From NCBI GenBank assembly GCA_029855935.1, contig JAGSHN010000018.1, positions 1 through 64,000 on the forward strand: a stretch of DNA of 64,000 bases, in the 5' to 3' direction. Under the pieces are notes generated by a model, which was not told where the DNA came from, did no database searches, and was given only the letters and a program-made list of their open reading frames with translations. Position numbers and translations under genes: made by a program. This DNA is from Candidatus Thorarchaeota archaeon (GTDB lineage Archaea > Asgardarchaeota > Thorarchaeia > Thorarchaeales > Thorarchaeaceae). Numbering within the stretch: the stretch's first letter is position 1; every line of letters begins with the position of its first letter. Of this stretch, positions 8,982 to 18,224 are shown piece by piece.

Positions 8982-9668
8982 GTGACGTTGCTGGCCGAGA
9001 GTCCTATCACGAAGACGGTCCCACAGGGGCGTGCCAAGGAGGACAGGTTCGTGAGATTCGGAGATGACCATCTCACCATCGAGGACAAGAGCGTACGAAT
9101 CGCACGAGCTGTGTCCCGTGCTGCTGCAGCTCCTCTCTTCAATCTCTACACCGTCATTGTTATCGTGATCTTGTCGCCAGACCAGCTCGGGCCTCTCCTG
9201 GATTCCCTCAGTGCTGTGATGATCTGCGTCGTCCTGATGGTCACGATGCCTGTAGCTCCCATCCTGCTCAGTGCACATCGTGGTTATACTGACCTTGATG
9301 TATCGGAGCAGTCCAAGCGCGGCAAGTTCTTTCTCTTCTCGGTCGGATGTTATGCCCTAGCCTGGTGGGCCTACACCACTCTTCAGTGTCACATTCTCGC
9401 GGTTCTCGCAGCAGGGTACGTGGGTGTCAGCAGCAGCCTCCTCCTACTAAATCTCAGGACGAAGGTCTCGGTCCATGCGGCTGGTGTCTCTGGGCCGGGT
9501 ACGGCACTGATATACATGTACGGCCCGCTGGCATCCGTCGTCACCATCATCTGGATTCTGGTAGTCTGGTCCAGGGTAGTCCTTGTCCAGCACACACTCA
9601 GACAGGGCGCGCTAGGAATCGCTACTGGTGCAATTGTGACATTCGCTGTCTACGTATTGATGTACTGA
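8982..9668 (+). CDS. Membrane protein, PAP2 phosphatase superfamily-like
   Basis: Multiple TM segments plus D..E...R, K(V/I)S.H and WSRV.L.QHT..Q motifs, as seen in PAP2-like membrane phosphoesterases. Confidence 0.7.
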   Translation: MTLLAESPITKTVPQGRAKEDRFVRFGDDHLTIEDKSVRIARAVSRAAAAPLFNLYTVIVIVILSPDQLGPLLDSLSAVMICVVLMVTMPVAPILLSAHRGYTDLDVSEQSKRGKFFLFSVGCYALAWWAYTTLQCHILAVLAAGYVGVSSSLLLLNLRTKVSVHAAGVSGPGTALIYMYGPLASVVTIIWILVVWSRVVLVQHTLRQGALGIATGAIVTFAVYVLMY

Positions 9669-9818
9669 CCGCCGCGGGAGCTTCATAGTGACATCACAAA
9701 AAGCCTTATGAAAACACAGCTAGGAGGGACTAGTAGAAGAGACTCTAACTCAGAGGGCCTGTCGACCTGATTCCTGTTTATGCCTCGCCAAGACAGCAGG
9801 ACCGAAGGTGGTGAAGTA

Positions 9819-11078
9819 TTGGCGGAGATAATCATCTGCCCAAAGTGTGGAAACCGTGTGGTAAGAGGATCAACCCACTGCCTGCACTGTGGTGCACGGC
9901 TGACGGATGGCATTGGCGCAGCCCAGCAGACGGCTGTCTCAGGGACCAAGCTGGAGACTTCGGAGGACTCACTTCACCTTGCTGAGTCCACCATGACAGA
10001 TATGCTGGCCACAGAGCAGACATCGCCGACTGGTGAGCAGACAGCCGAAACGGAAGAGGATGTTCTTCCCCCGATAGATGAGGGGCTGCTACCCGAGCCG
10101 GAGGCCGAGGGCGAGACAACAGACACAGGCGCATCTTCGCCCGGACTGCTGGAGGCAGAGACAGAGACAGCAGACAATATGACGTGGGATGTCGAGGACA
10201 TCTCTGCAGATGCAGGAGAGGGGATGAGAGTAGTCGAGAAGGAGGCGACAGTCGCCCGGGAGATAGAGGCCGACGAGGTTCGGGAGGGAGACCCGTTCAG
10301 AGAGGTGGCGCCCCCCGTCGTTGTGGACCAAGATGATGACAGTGTTGTGACCGATGATGTTGTGATGCAGGTCCTTAGGGACACAACTGAGGACGAAGAG
10401 GCCGTCCAGGCCGTCGCCCATCTCTTCCCCAAGGGGAAGGGGACCACTTCGCGCGAGTTTGTCGAGGTAGTGGTCGGAAAGCCGAAGAGAATACAGCCGA
10501 AGGAACCTATGCGAGAGCTGCAGACCCCCTCTTGCCCGAGCTGCGGGGCTATCCTGACGGGGGACGACTTCGAGTATCCCGGGTACGTATTCGAGGCCAT
10601 GGGTCGTGCTCGGATGGAGCACGGGGACGCCCTGCTTGACAATGGTGACCATGAGAAGGCCATCGAGGAGTTTGAGAGGGCCAAGAAGCTCTTCGAACGC
10701 GCGGGAAACGAAAAGCTTGTCGAGGAGGCAATGAAACGAGTGGACTATAGCTATGAGGCTATGGCAGAGTCGCACTTCAGCGAGGGCGAGAGTCACCTGC
10801 GAGCGGACGAGTTCGAGTGGGCCATTGTCCAGTTCAAGAAGGCTCGAGAGATCTATATGTTCACGACGCGGGCCAAGATGCGGGCCAAGTGTAGCGAGCG
10901 GATAAGAAAGAGCTATGAGGAATGGGGTAAGCATCTAGAGGAGGAGGCCGAAAGGATGGCCAAGCTCGGCGACTCGAGGAGGGCCCTAATGCTATATCAG
11001 GAGGCCGCCGAGAAATACCGCGAGGCCAACGCCGAGAAGAGACTACGTGGCCTCGAGAAGAAGATTGCGCGTGTCTGA
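9819..11078 (+). CDS. Zinc-ribbon / acidic linker / TPR-like alpha-solenoid protein
   Basis: CPKCG..HCLHCG N-terminal ribbon, long D/E-rich region, CPSCG, then helical repeats (GDHEKAIEEFERAKKLF; DEFEWAIVQFKKAREIY; ALMLYQEAAEKY). TTG start follows a GGTGGTGA SD. Confidence 0.8.
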   Translation: MAEIIICPKCGNRVVRGSTHCLHCGARLTDGIGAAQQTAVSGTKLETSEDSLHLAESTMTDMLATEQTSPTGEQTAETEEDVLPPIDEGLLPEPEAEGETTDTGASSPGLLEAETETADNMTWDVEDISADAGEGMRVVEKEATVAREIEADEVREGDPFREVAPPVVVDQDDDSVVTDDVVMQVLRDTTEDEEAVQAVAHLFPKGKGTTSREFVEVVVGKPKRIQPKEPMRELQTPSCPSCGAILTGDDFEYPGYVFEAMGRARMEHGDALLDNGDHEKAIEEFERAKKLFERAGNEKLVEEAMKRVDYSYEAMAESHFSEGESHLRADEFEWAIVQFKKAREIYMFTTRAKMRAKCSERIRKSYEEWGKHLEEEAERMAKLGDSRRALMLYQEAAEKYREANAEKRLRGLEKKIARV

Positions 11079-11086
11079 TGGATGCG

Positions 11087-11845
11087 TCACCTGAATAGGT
11101 CTTCTCTCGCGGGTCTTGGAATGGACACCGCAGCCGCTGTTTCATCAACCTCGTATCTGTAACCTCTGATCAGCACAACAGGCACCCCTTCATCCGCCTG
11201 CCCCATAAGGGTCTCTGCAGCCGCAGCCAGCTCGTCCGCTTGGCAGACGGTACTCCTCCGTAACACCCGCCCCCGTAGATCGACTCGTCCCCTATTGTAC
11301 TTGAACGGGCCTATCCCAGCCACTCCGACGGCCACATTCACTCCACCCCTACGCCAGGGCCGCCCCTGTGTGTCCGCGACTATCACCGCAACTCGATGAC
11401 CAGTGAGGTCTTGCACCCCCTGCCTAATGTGGCGTGCACTGGCGTCAGCGTCGAGCGGGAGCAGAACGAAGCAGTCTGGCGGAGCGTTCGACTTGTCTAC
11501 GCCGCCGAAGTTGCACACAAGACCATCAGGCCTCTCGGTGATGAGGGCGCGCCTTGATCTCAGAACAGCCTTACTCTCCCTGAGTGCCAGCTCCACGTGG
11601 ACCGGGTCCCATCCATTGTCACCAGCGATGCGGATGGCATCCTTGGAGGGTCTCACAGTAGACCTGTGAACCACTCGTCCCTCGGCCTTGGAAACTATGG
11701 TGTGCGAGACTACGAGTATGTCGCCGTCACAGAGCGGTTGCGAGCTGCGAGATAGCACGTCAACTATCAGTCGGGCAAGGTCGTCACCCTCTGACACTAG
11801 GCCGATGCCCTCGACACCAATGAATCGTACTCTGGCTGTCTGCAC
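11087..11845 (-). CDS. cofE: Coenzyme F420-0:L-glutamate ligase
   Basis: GDILVVSHTIVSKAEG, GGVDKSN, LLP.D.D.SA, DTQGRPWRRG, ADELAAAA..LMGQADEG.PVVLIRG. The start is uncertain (GTG 11845 or ORF start 11878). Confidence 0.92.
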   Translation of the reverse strand: MQTARVRFIGVEGIGLVSEGDDLARLIVDVLSRSSQPLCDGDILVVSHTIVSKAEGRVVHRSTVRPSKDAIRIAGDNGWDPVHVELALRESKAVLRSRRALITERPDGLVCNFGGVDKSNAPPDCFVLLPLDADASARHIRQGVQDLTGHRVAVIVADTQGRPWRRGGVNVAVGVAGIGPFKYNRGRVDLRGRVLRRSTVCQADELAAAAETLMGQADEGVPVVLIRGYRYEVDETAAAVSIPRPAREDLFR

Positions 11846-12104
11846 AGCCCAAGAGACTACAGCAACATTATTCAACAATTCGGCATGTTGTGGACCGAAG
11901 AAAACGTCCCTCCACTCTACCGGAACTGATTCGCAGGAGAAACGCTACAGAGCAGGCGTTTTCAGGCCCTACGGGAAAACAATAAATGCGAACGGAGTAG
12001 AGCCTCAATTCGGCTCATTGTGAGTGTCAGGGGATCGTTACGACATCGTCATCCAAGAAACTCCAATTGGGGCGTCAATAGCTCGAGCAGAAAAGGTGAC
12101 AGAG

Positions 12105-14141
12105 TTGGCTTCATCACGAAAGAAGAGAAAGGCCAAGAGTAGCAGGAGGCAGAGAGCAGCTGCGGCAACAGCAGAGCTCCCCGCCGACACTGGCGACATC
12201 AAGCAGGGCACCATTGCGAAATTCATGCGCAAGAGGACGCAGCTGGTCGGCTTCGAAACCGGGCTCAATAAGCACACACAGTACGTCATAGAGTTTCTCG
12301 ACAACGCAGTCGACGCCCTTGAGAGCTGGTGGTGGAAGACCAAGAAACACCCGCGGCTGCAGGAGCATCTCGACCCTGCTATTGTTGAGGAGGTACGCGC
12401 GAAGCTCGAGCCCTCTCTATACGACTCTATCGCCCTGAGCAAGAAGCTGGAGAAAGAGATTCGTGAGGGGAAGGACGTAGAGTTCCCGACCCGACCAAAG
12501 GAAACCCTGGAGGAGAAGGTGAAGGCCTTTCGTAAGTTCCTAGTTCCCTTCAGGGCGCTGATCAAGAAGAATGAGCCATTCGCTGTCATTCAGCTCACTG
12601 AGGTGATGATGCCAGACCTTGTGCCGCTCGACAACGACGAGGGCCTCCGTGTCTACGAGTTCACATGCTTCGACAATGGTGTCGGAATGGTGGCCAGTGA
12701 CTTCGAGAAATACGGCATCTATCTGGCGTCAAGCAAGTCGGAGAAACTGCGTCAGACAAGAGGCAGCCAGGGCTTCGGAGCACCATCAGCCTTCAGCGAT
12801 GCGCAGAACACGACGGGAAAGCCCATATTCGCAATCACGAAACGATTCACGGCGTCACGCGCCATTGTAGCAGACTTCTTCACAACGACCGCCAACACCA
12901 AGCAGTACGAGGCGGGTCCGGTGGAGATGGATCTCCCCTTCGAGCACGGGACGTACATCCGACTATACTACCTCAACATCCAGTACCGTCGCGGATACGC
13001 CGACACGTATGCTCAGATGGCATCTCTACTCAACTCTCACGTCACAATCATCTTCATCGACCCCTACGGTGAGATTCACATCTACCCGAGGAGAGTCAAC
13101 CAATTCCCAAAGGAGCCCAAGTATGCCCAGCCGCATCCGGCCTCAATTCGAATAGGTGAGTTTCAGGATCTTCTCAGAGAGTCGCAAGAGAAGACCCTGG
13201 GAAGCTTTCTGACCAAGGCATTCTGCCGGATAAGCACAAACAAGGCGAGACAGATAATCGAAGCGGCAAACAAGGAACTCGGTCGAAAGAAACTGCCCAA
13301 GCTCAGTCTTCGGACCCCAATAGACTCTCTCTCCAAGATCGAGGTCGAGCTGCTGTACAAGGCCTTCTCGAGCCAGGACTACCTGGCACCTCCAACGGAC
13401 ACGGTGGTCCCTGTGGGCGAAGAGGTCTTCGAACAGACGATAAGAATGGCCTACGAGCCGGACTTTGTGACAGCAGTCACCAGGAAGCCAACATCCGGGA
13501 AGGGATTGTCCTTTGCTGTTGAGGTGTGTATAGCATACGGCGGCAAGATTCCTCCTGCGACATCAGCGACCCAGGTACTATGGAGATTCGTCAACAGAGT
13601 ACCCAAGCTCAGAGACAACAGTGACTGTGCCACGTGGAAGGCGTGCGCCTCGGTCAACTGGCGGAACTACAAGGTTCAGACCTTTGACAACGGCATTCCT
13701 CGCGGACCACTGATGGTCTTCATCCATGTCTGCGGTGCCTATGTCCACGTGATGTTCAAGGGTCAGAGTAAGCAGGCCTTGGCCGAGGACGAGGTTCTGC
13801 TGCGGGAGATCAAGCTCGCTCTTGAGGATGCTGGAAGGAGGTTCAGGAGATTCATCACACGGCGTGAGACAGCCCGTCGCAAGGCCAAACGCGCCGGGAT
13901 TCTCGCGATGTATGCTGATCAGTTCGCACAGAGCCTAGTGAATATCGTGAACACAGCAAAGGGGAAGCAGCTCTTTGACCCGGAGACGGTGGCTGGTAGA
14001 CTCAGGGACGCCATCACGGGATACGAGACTCGCCACGATGTTGTGGAGACCGAGGCCGAGGTGGCCGGTTCCGACCTTGTGGCAGACATTCCACTCGGAG
14101 AGCCTGAGGCCGTGGAAGCGGACATCAGGGAAGGTGAATAG
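12105..14141 (+). CDS. top6B: DNA topoisomerase VI subunit B
   Basis: GHKL motifs EFLDNAVDA, DNGVG, SK...QTRGSQGFG and HGT; H2TH region; transducer RFVNRVP and F.GQSKQAL. TTG start at 12105 follows an AAGGTGA SD. Confidence 0.92.
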   Translation: MASSRKKRKAKSSRRQRAAAATAELPADTGDIKQGTIAKFMRKRTQLVGFETGLNKHTQYVIEFLDNAVDALESWWWKTKKHPRLQEHLDPAIVEEVRAKLEPSLYDSIALSKKLEKEIREGKDVEFPTRPKETLEEKVKAFRKFLVPFRALIKKNEPFAVIQLTEVMMPDLVPLDNDEGLRVYEFTCFDNGVGMVASDFEKYGIYLASSKSEKLRQTRGSQGFGAPSAFSDAQNTTGKPIFAITKRFTASRAIVADFFTTTANTKQYEAGPVEMDLPFEHGTYIRLYYLNIQYRRGYADTYAQMASLLNSHVTIIFIDPYGEIHIYPRRVNQFPKEPKYAQPHPASIRIGEFQDLLRESQEKTLGSFLTKAFCRISTNKARQIIEAANKELGRKKLPKLSLRTPIDSLSKIEVELLYKAFSSQDYLAPPTDTVVPVGEEVFEQTIRMAYEPDFVTAVTRKPTSGKGLSFAVEVCIAYGGKIPPATSATQVLWRFVNRVPKLRDNSDCATWKACASVNWRNYKVQTFDNGIPRGPLMVFIHVCGAYVHVMFKGQSKQALAEDEVLLREIKLALEDAGRRFRRFITRRETARRKAKRAGILAMYADQFAQSLVNIVNTAKGKQLFDPETVAGRLRDAITGYETRHDVVETEAEVAGSDLVADIPLGEPEAVEADIREGE

Positions 14142-16118
14142 ATGAGCCCTCGCAAGAAGGCGGGAGATGAAGAGGCAGTCCAAGTCACGCTGGAAGAGAT
14201 TGTCATGAGCAGTGAGAAGAGATCCAGACGAAGAGCGACGCGCGAGGTCGCGGAAACCACGCCTGTGGAGACTGATCTGGAAGGTATCAAGACCGTTGGC
14301 AAGAAAGTACTTGAGAAACTTGTGGATGCGGGTTATGGCACAGTGGACAAGCTTGCTCGATCCAAGGCCAGCATCCTCGCCGAGAAGGTAAAGGGACTGT
14401 CGAAGGAGCGCGCTCAGAAGCTGATCGATGAGGCAAAGGCGCTCAGGAAGGCGAGGCAGAGGGCAAGCAAGAAGCCAGAGGGGCCATCCAAAAAGACTAC
14501 CACGAAGACAAAGGGAGAAAAGAGCATCACGGAGTCCGAGACGACTGTGACACCGCTGACCGCTATACGTGGCATAGGTCCGAAGCTGGCCACGAAACTC
14601 ATCGAGGGAGGTTACGACTCGGTCGAGAGACTCGCCAGATCCAAGCCTCAGACAGTAGCCGGCATCGTCGACGGTCTGGGAATCACAAAGGCGCGGCAGA
14701 TAGTCTCAGCAGCGAGGGAGTATGTCAAGCAGAAGCAGATTGAGTCGCTTGTCGGACCAAAGGAATCGACGACAACTTCAAAGAGGGAGGCAAAACCATC
14801 TAAGAAGAAGACCACACCCAAGAAGACAACAAAGAAGACAGAGAAGGCCAAGGAGAAGAAGCCCAAAGTGACGCCAAGACGCAAGGCAAAGCCCCACGTC
14901 GCACCGCACAAGAGACCCGTTCGCAAGCAGTCAGGCCTGCCAGTCCCTGCGGCAGTGACTAAGCTCGCCGAGGAGCTCCGAAGGCAGTGGAGGGAGGCTG
15001 AGAAACGGGCGGCGTCGAAGACTGGTGACGAAACTCAGGCGACCGTGGAGGTCGTGGCACTCACCCGAGAGGAGACTATGGAGCGCCTAGTCGACGAGGC
15101 GATGGAGATTCTTAACGAGACAATGACCACAGGTAGGCCTGCCTTCGAGATACCCAGCAGGTCGTCCGACAACATAGTCTGGGATGAGGTCCGTGACCTC
15201 CTACTGCTTGGGATGAAGACAATATCGAGGCCGTACCACTCTCTCGCCTCAGTCGTCGATGCGACCCGGACTGCAAGGGTGATGGAGATAGTCTTCCAGC
15301 TCCTGCGTTCCAACCTGCACGCCACGAAACGAGAGATCTACTACTCTGATGTCAACCTGTTCAGGGACCAGAAATACAGTGACAAGATAATCGAAGATGT
15401 CGCGTCAATGCTGCAGACGACACGAGACAGCATCCACGTTGTGGCATCGGCCCGTGGTTCAGCCATGGGACGCGTGATAATCAGAGACGGCGGGGACCTG
15501 ATCGACCTGACTAAGATGGGAACAGGTGGCTGGGCCATAACGCCATTCCTCGATCAGGTCGAGATAGTGGAGAGCGATGCCGAGTTCATCATCCTGTCCG
15601 AGAAGGACGCTGCGGTCATGCGACTCGCTGAGTCCAAGTACTGGAACCGACAGCCGTGCATCGTCCTGACCGGAAAGGGCTCCGGAGATATGGCCACACG
15701 AGCCTTCCTCAAGAGGCTCGTCAAGGAGTTGGAGATACCAGCTTTTGCCCTTGTGGACTCTGACCCATATGGGCACTACATCTACTCCGTCTTTCTTCGC
15801 GGGTCGAAGAGACTGAGCTACGAGTCGCCATTCATCGCGACGCCAGAGCTCAAGCTGCTGGGCGTGTTGAGCAGAGACCTTGACGCATACAACATTCCGA
15901 GGTCGGTCCGCATACCGATGGAGCCTGCAGACATCAAGCGCGTGAAGGACATGCTGAAGGAGCCGTTCGTCAGAAAGAACAGAGAGTGGGTGGAGGACCT
16001 TCAGCTGATGCTCAAGATAAAGGAGAAGGCCGAGATTCAGGCATTTGCCAGCCACAGCTTTCAGTTCCTGACAGACGAGTATCTCCCAACCAAACTAGAG
16101 ACTGGCGACTGGATATAG
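14142..16118 (+). CDS. top6A: DNA topoisomerase VI subunit A (Spo11 family) with ~300-aa N-terminal HhH/Lys-rich extension
   Basis: Catalytic Tyr in TKREIYY, TOPRIM EKDA and DSDPYG, and K.KAEIQA. It starts immediately after the top6B stop. Confidence 0.94.
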   Translation: MSPRKKAGDEEAVQVTLEEIVMSSEKRSRRRATREVAETTPVETDLEGIKTVGKKVLEKLVDAGYGTVDKLARSKASILAEKVKGLSKERAQKLIDEAKALRKARQRASKKPEGPSKKTTTKTKGEKSITESETTVTPLTAIRGIGPKLATKLIEGGYDSVERLARSKPQTVAGIVDGLGITKARQIVSAAREYVKQKQIESLVGPKESTTTSKREAKPSKKKTTPKKTTKKTEKAKEKKPKVTPRRKAKPHVAPHKRPVRKQSGLPVPAAVTKLAEELRRQWREAEKRAASKTGDETQATVEVVALTREETMERLVDEAMEILNETMTTGRPAFEIPSRSSDNIVWDEVRDLLLLGMKTISRPYHSLASVVDATRTARVMEIVFQLLRSNLHATKREIYYSDVNLFRDQKYSDKIIEDVASMLQTTRDSIHVVASARGSAMGRVIIRDGGDLIDLTKMGTGGWAITPFLDQVEIVESDAEFIILSEKDAAVMRLAESKYWNRQPCIVLTGKGSGDMATRAFLKRLVKELEIPAFALVDSDPYGHYIYSVFLRGSKRLSYESPFIATPELKLLGVLSRDLDAYNIPRSVRIPMEPADIKRVKDMLKEPFVRKNREWVEDLQLMLKIKEKAEIQAFASHSFQFLTDEYLPTKLETGDWI

Positions 16119-16181
16119 AACTGTGCCGGCATTGATGCAGAGAAGTGATGAAAAGAAAATGAGGGGAGATGACAGTCCCCT

Positions 16182-17051
16182 CTACGCTAGCTTGTGACCA
16201 CAGTTGTTGCAGAACTTCGACCCAGCAGGGACAGGATTTCCACAGTTCGGACAGTATCCACCGCGGGACTCGACTGTGACTGTGTACTCGGCACCCTCGC
16301 CCTCACGAATGGTGGCGTGTATCTTTGTGGGACCCTCACCTGTGCCCTCGTGGATGGTGGCGTGCACCCGTGTTGCACCAGACCCCCCGCCCATAGCAGG
16401 AGCAGTTCCCGCTCCGACGGCTCCGGTTCCACCGATAGGAGCACCGCAATTAGTGCAATTGGGACCAGGGCCGACAGGCGCTCCGCAGTATGGACACTTT
16501 CCCTCGTCCTGTGCAGCCTTTAGGTTGGCAACAACGGAGGGTATGACTTTCTTCTGCTTGAACTCGAACTCCAGCGTTCCGCCCGACTTCAACTCCACAA
16601 TGAGCCGATTTCCACTCTGCGCAGCATTGCTGATGGCCACAAGCGGAACAGCTAGGCTCTCTGTCTCTCCAGACTCGCTCCTGTTGTAAAACGCGTCTGC
16701 GGTCCAAGAACTTATAGCGGCCCCAACCGCCGCATAGCCTATTCCCCGACCGATACCGCGAATTGCCGCACCACCAATGCCACCGACCTCTCGACCGACC
16801 CCCTCTAGAATCGCAGCACCCGCAATGGCACCCGCCAATGCGCCCACCTTCTTGAGGCTGCCAAAGAGGCCGCCTCTCTTCTTCTTTTCGGGCGCCTTAT
16901 ACCAGACGAGCCGAACGTCGGTGAGCTCTAGCGTGCCATCCTCTCCATCGAACTTCACGTCCTTCTCTCGCACCATCTTCCTCTCGTAGTCTAGTGTCGA
17001 GAGACCGGACTCGGAATATGTGACAGTCAGGAATGCAGGTCTTCCAGACAT
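16182..17051 (-). CDS. PH/GRAM-like domain protein with Gly-rich hydrophobic insert and C-terminal zinc ribbons (start may be ATG 16976)
   Basis: GTLELTDVRLVW...LAVPLVAI PH-like pattern. Cys pairs CPYC-CTNC and CPNC-CNNC form zinc ribbons. Confidence 0.75.
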   Translation of the reverse strand: MSGRPAFLTVTYSESGLSTLDYERKMVREKDVKFDGEDGTLELTDVRLVWYKAPEKKKRGGLFGSLKKVGALAGAIAGAAILEGVGREVGGIGGAAIRGIGRGIGYAAVGAAISSWTADAFYNRSESGETESLAVPLVAISNAAQSGNRLIVELKSGGTLEFEFKQKKVIPSVVANLKAAQDEGKCPYCGAPVGPGPNCTNCGAPIGGTGAVGAGTAPAMGGGSGATRVHATIHEGTGEGPTKIHATIREGEGAEYTVTVESRGGYCPNCGNPVPAGSKFCNNCGHKLA

Positions 17052-17241
17052 TTCAGATGCACCGGGTAGCAGAATAGAACGAATGCTCTTAACTCTGCCG
17101 TAGCACGAACGCTGCAGATTAGACTCATCTCGTTACACAGCACACGAAACGGGCCTAGAAGCGCCATGGCTAGAAATATTACGCGGGTCGCACGGACTAC
17201 AGACCGGCCAACCCAAGAATCCGATAGGGAGGATACAGACA

Positions 17242-18123
17242 GTGGAAATCAAGAGAATTGCAGTTCTCGGAGCAGGCCAGATGGGCAACGGCATAGCGCA
17301 TGTCTGCGCTCAGGCTGGCTTCGAGGTCAAGATGAGAGACATCGAGCAGAGGTTCCTCGACAGGGGCTTCGAGACGATCAAGAAGAACCTCGGTCGTGGA
17401 GTCAAGAAAGGCAGGATGACCCAGGAAGAGGCCGATGCGATAGTCGCACGGATAGAGGGCGTCTTGGACCTCAAGAGAGCTGTAGAGGATGCAGACCTCG
17501 TCATAGAGGCGATACCAGAGATCGTGCAGCTCAAGCTCGACACGTGGAAAGAGGTCGATGGTCTGGCGCCGGAACACGCGATTCTGGCATCGAACACATC
17601 CAGCATCAGTATCACTCAGATGGCGGCGATGACAAAGCGACCTGAGAAGTTCATTGGAATGCACTTCTTCAACCCTGTGCCAGTGATGAAGCTAGTGGAG
17701 ATCATCAGAGGCGCAGCAACAAGCGATGAAACGGTTCGTGTGATTGAGGACGTTTCTCACAGGCTTGGTAAGGAGACCGTCATCGTCAACGAGGCGCCCG
17801 GTTTCGCCGTCAACAGACTGCTGGTACCAGCGATAAACGAGGCGATCTTTGCAGTGCAGGAACATGTTGCAACCATTGAGGATATGGACAAGGCAATCAA
17901 GCTCGGCCTCAACTGGCCGATGGGACCACTCACCCTTGCAGACTTTGTGGGACTGGATACGCTGCTCTACATCTCCGACTACCTCTTCGACGAGTTCAAG
18001 GACCCCAAGTACAGAGCTCCCTCGTTGCTCAGAAAGATGGTCAGGGCGGGCTGGCTCGGACGAAAGGCTGGCCGCGGCTTCTACGACTACTCCGGCGAGC
18101 AGCCAACACCCATCAAGCTGTAG
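17242..18123 (+). CDS. hbd: 3-hydroxybutyryl-CoA / 3-hydroxyacyl-CoA dehydrogenase
   Basis: GAGQMGNGIA, VIEAIPE, LASNTSSIS, GMHFFNPVPVMKLVE, PGF.VNRL, PMGPL.LADFVGLD, GWLGRK.GRGFY. Confidence 0.95.
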   Translation: MEIKRIAVLGAGQMGNGIAHVCAQAGFEVKMRDIEQRFLDRGFETIKKNLGRGVKKGRMTQEEADAIVARIEGVLDLKRAVEDADLVIEAIPEIVQLKLDTWKEVDGLAPEHAILASNTSSISITQMAAMTKRPEKFIGMHFFNPVPVMKLVEIIRGAATSDETVRVIEDVSHRLGKETVIVNEAPGFAVNRLLVPAINEAIFAVQEHVATIEDMDKAIKLGLNWPMGPLTLADFVGLDTLLYISDYLFDEFKDPKYRAPSLLRKMVRAGWLGRKAGRGFYDYSGEQPTPIKL

Positions 18124-18224
18124 TTTGGTGAGGTCTTCGACGAGAGGCCATGATGCCTCTCCGTCTTTCCTCTATCTATCTCGCCCGGCGTTGACCACTA
18201 TGTCTCCGCCGGAGCAACGGGCTG

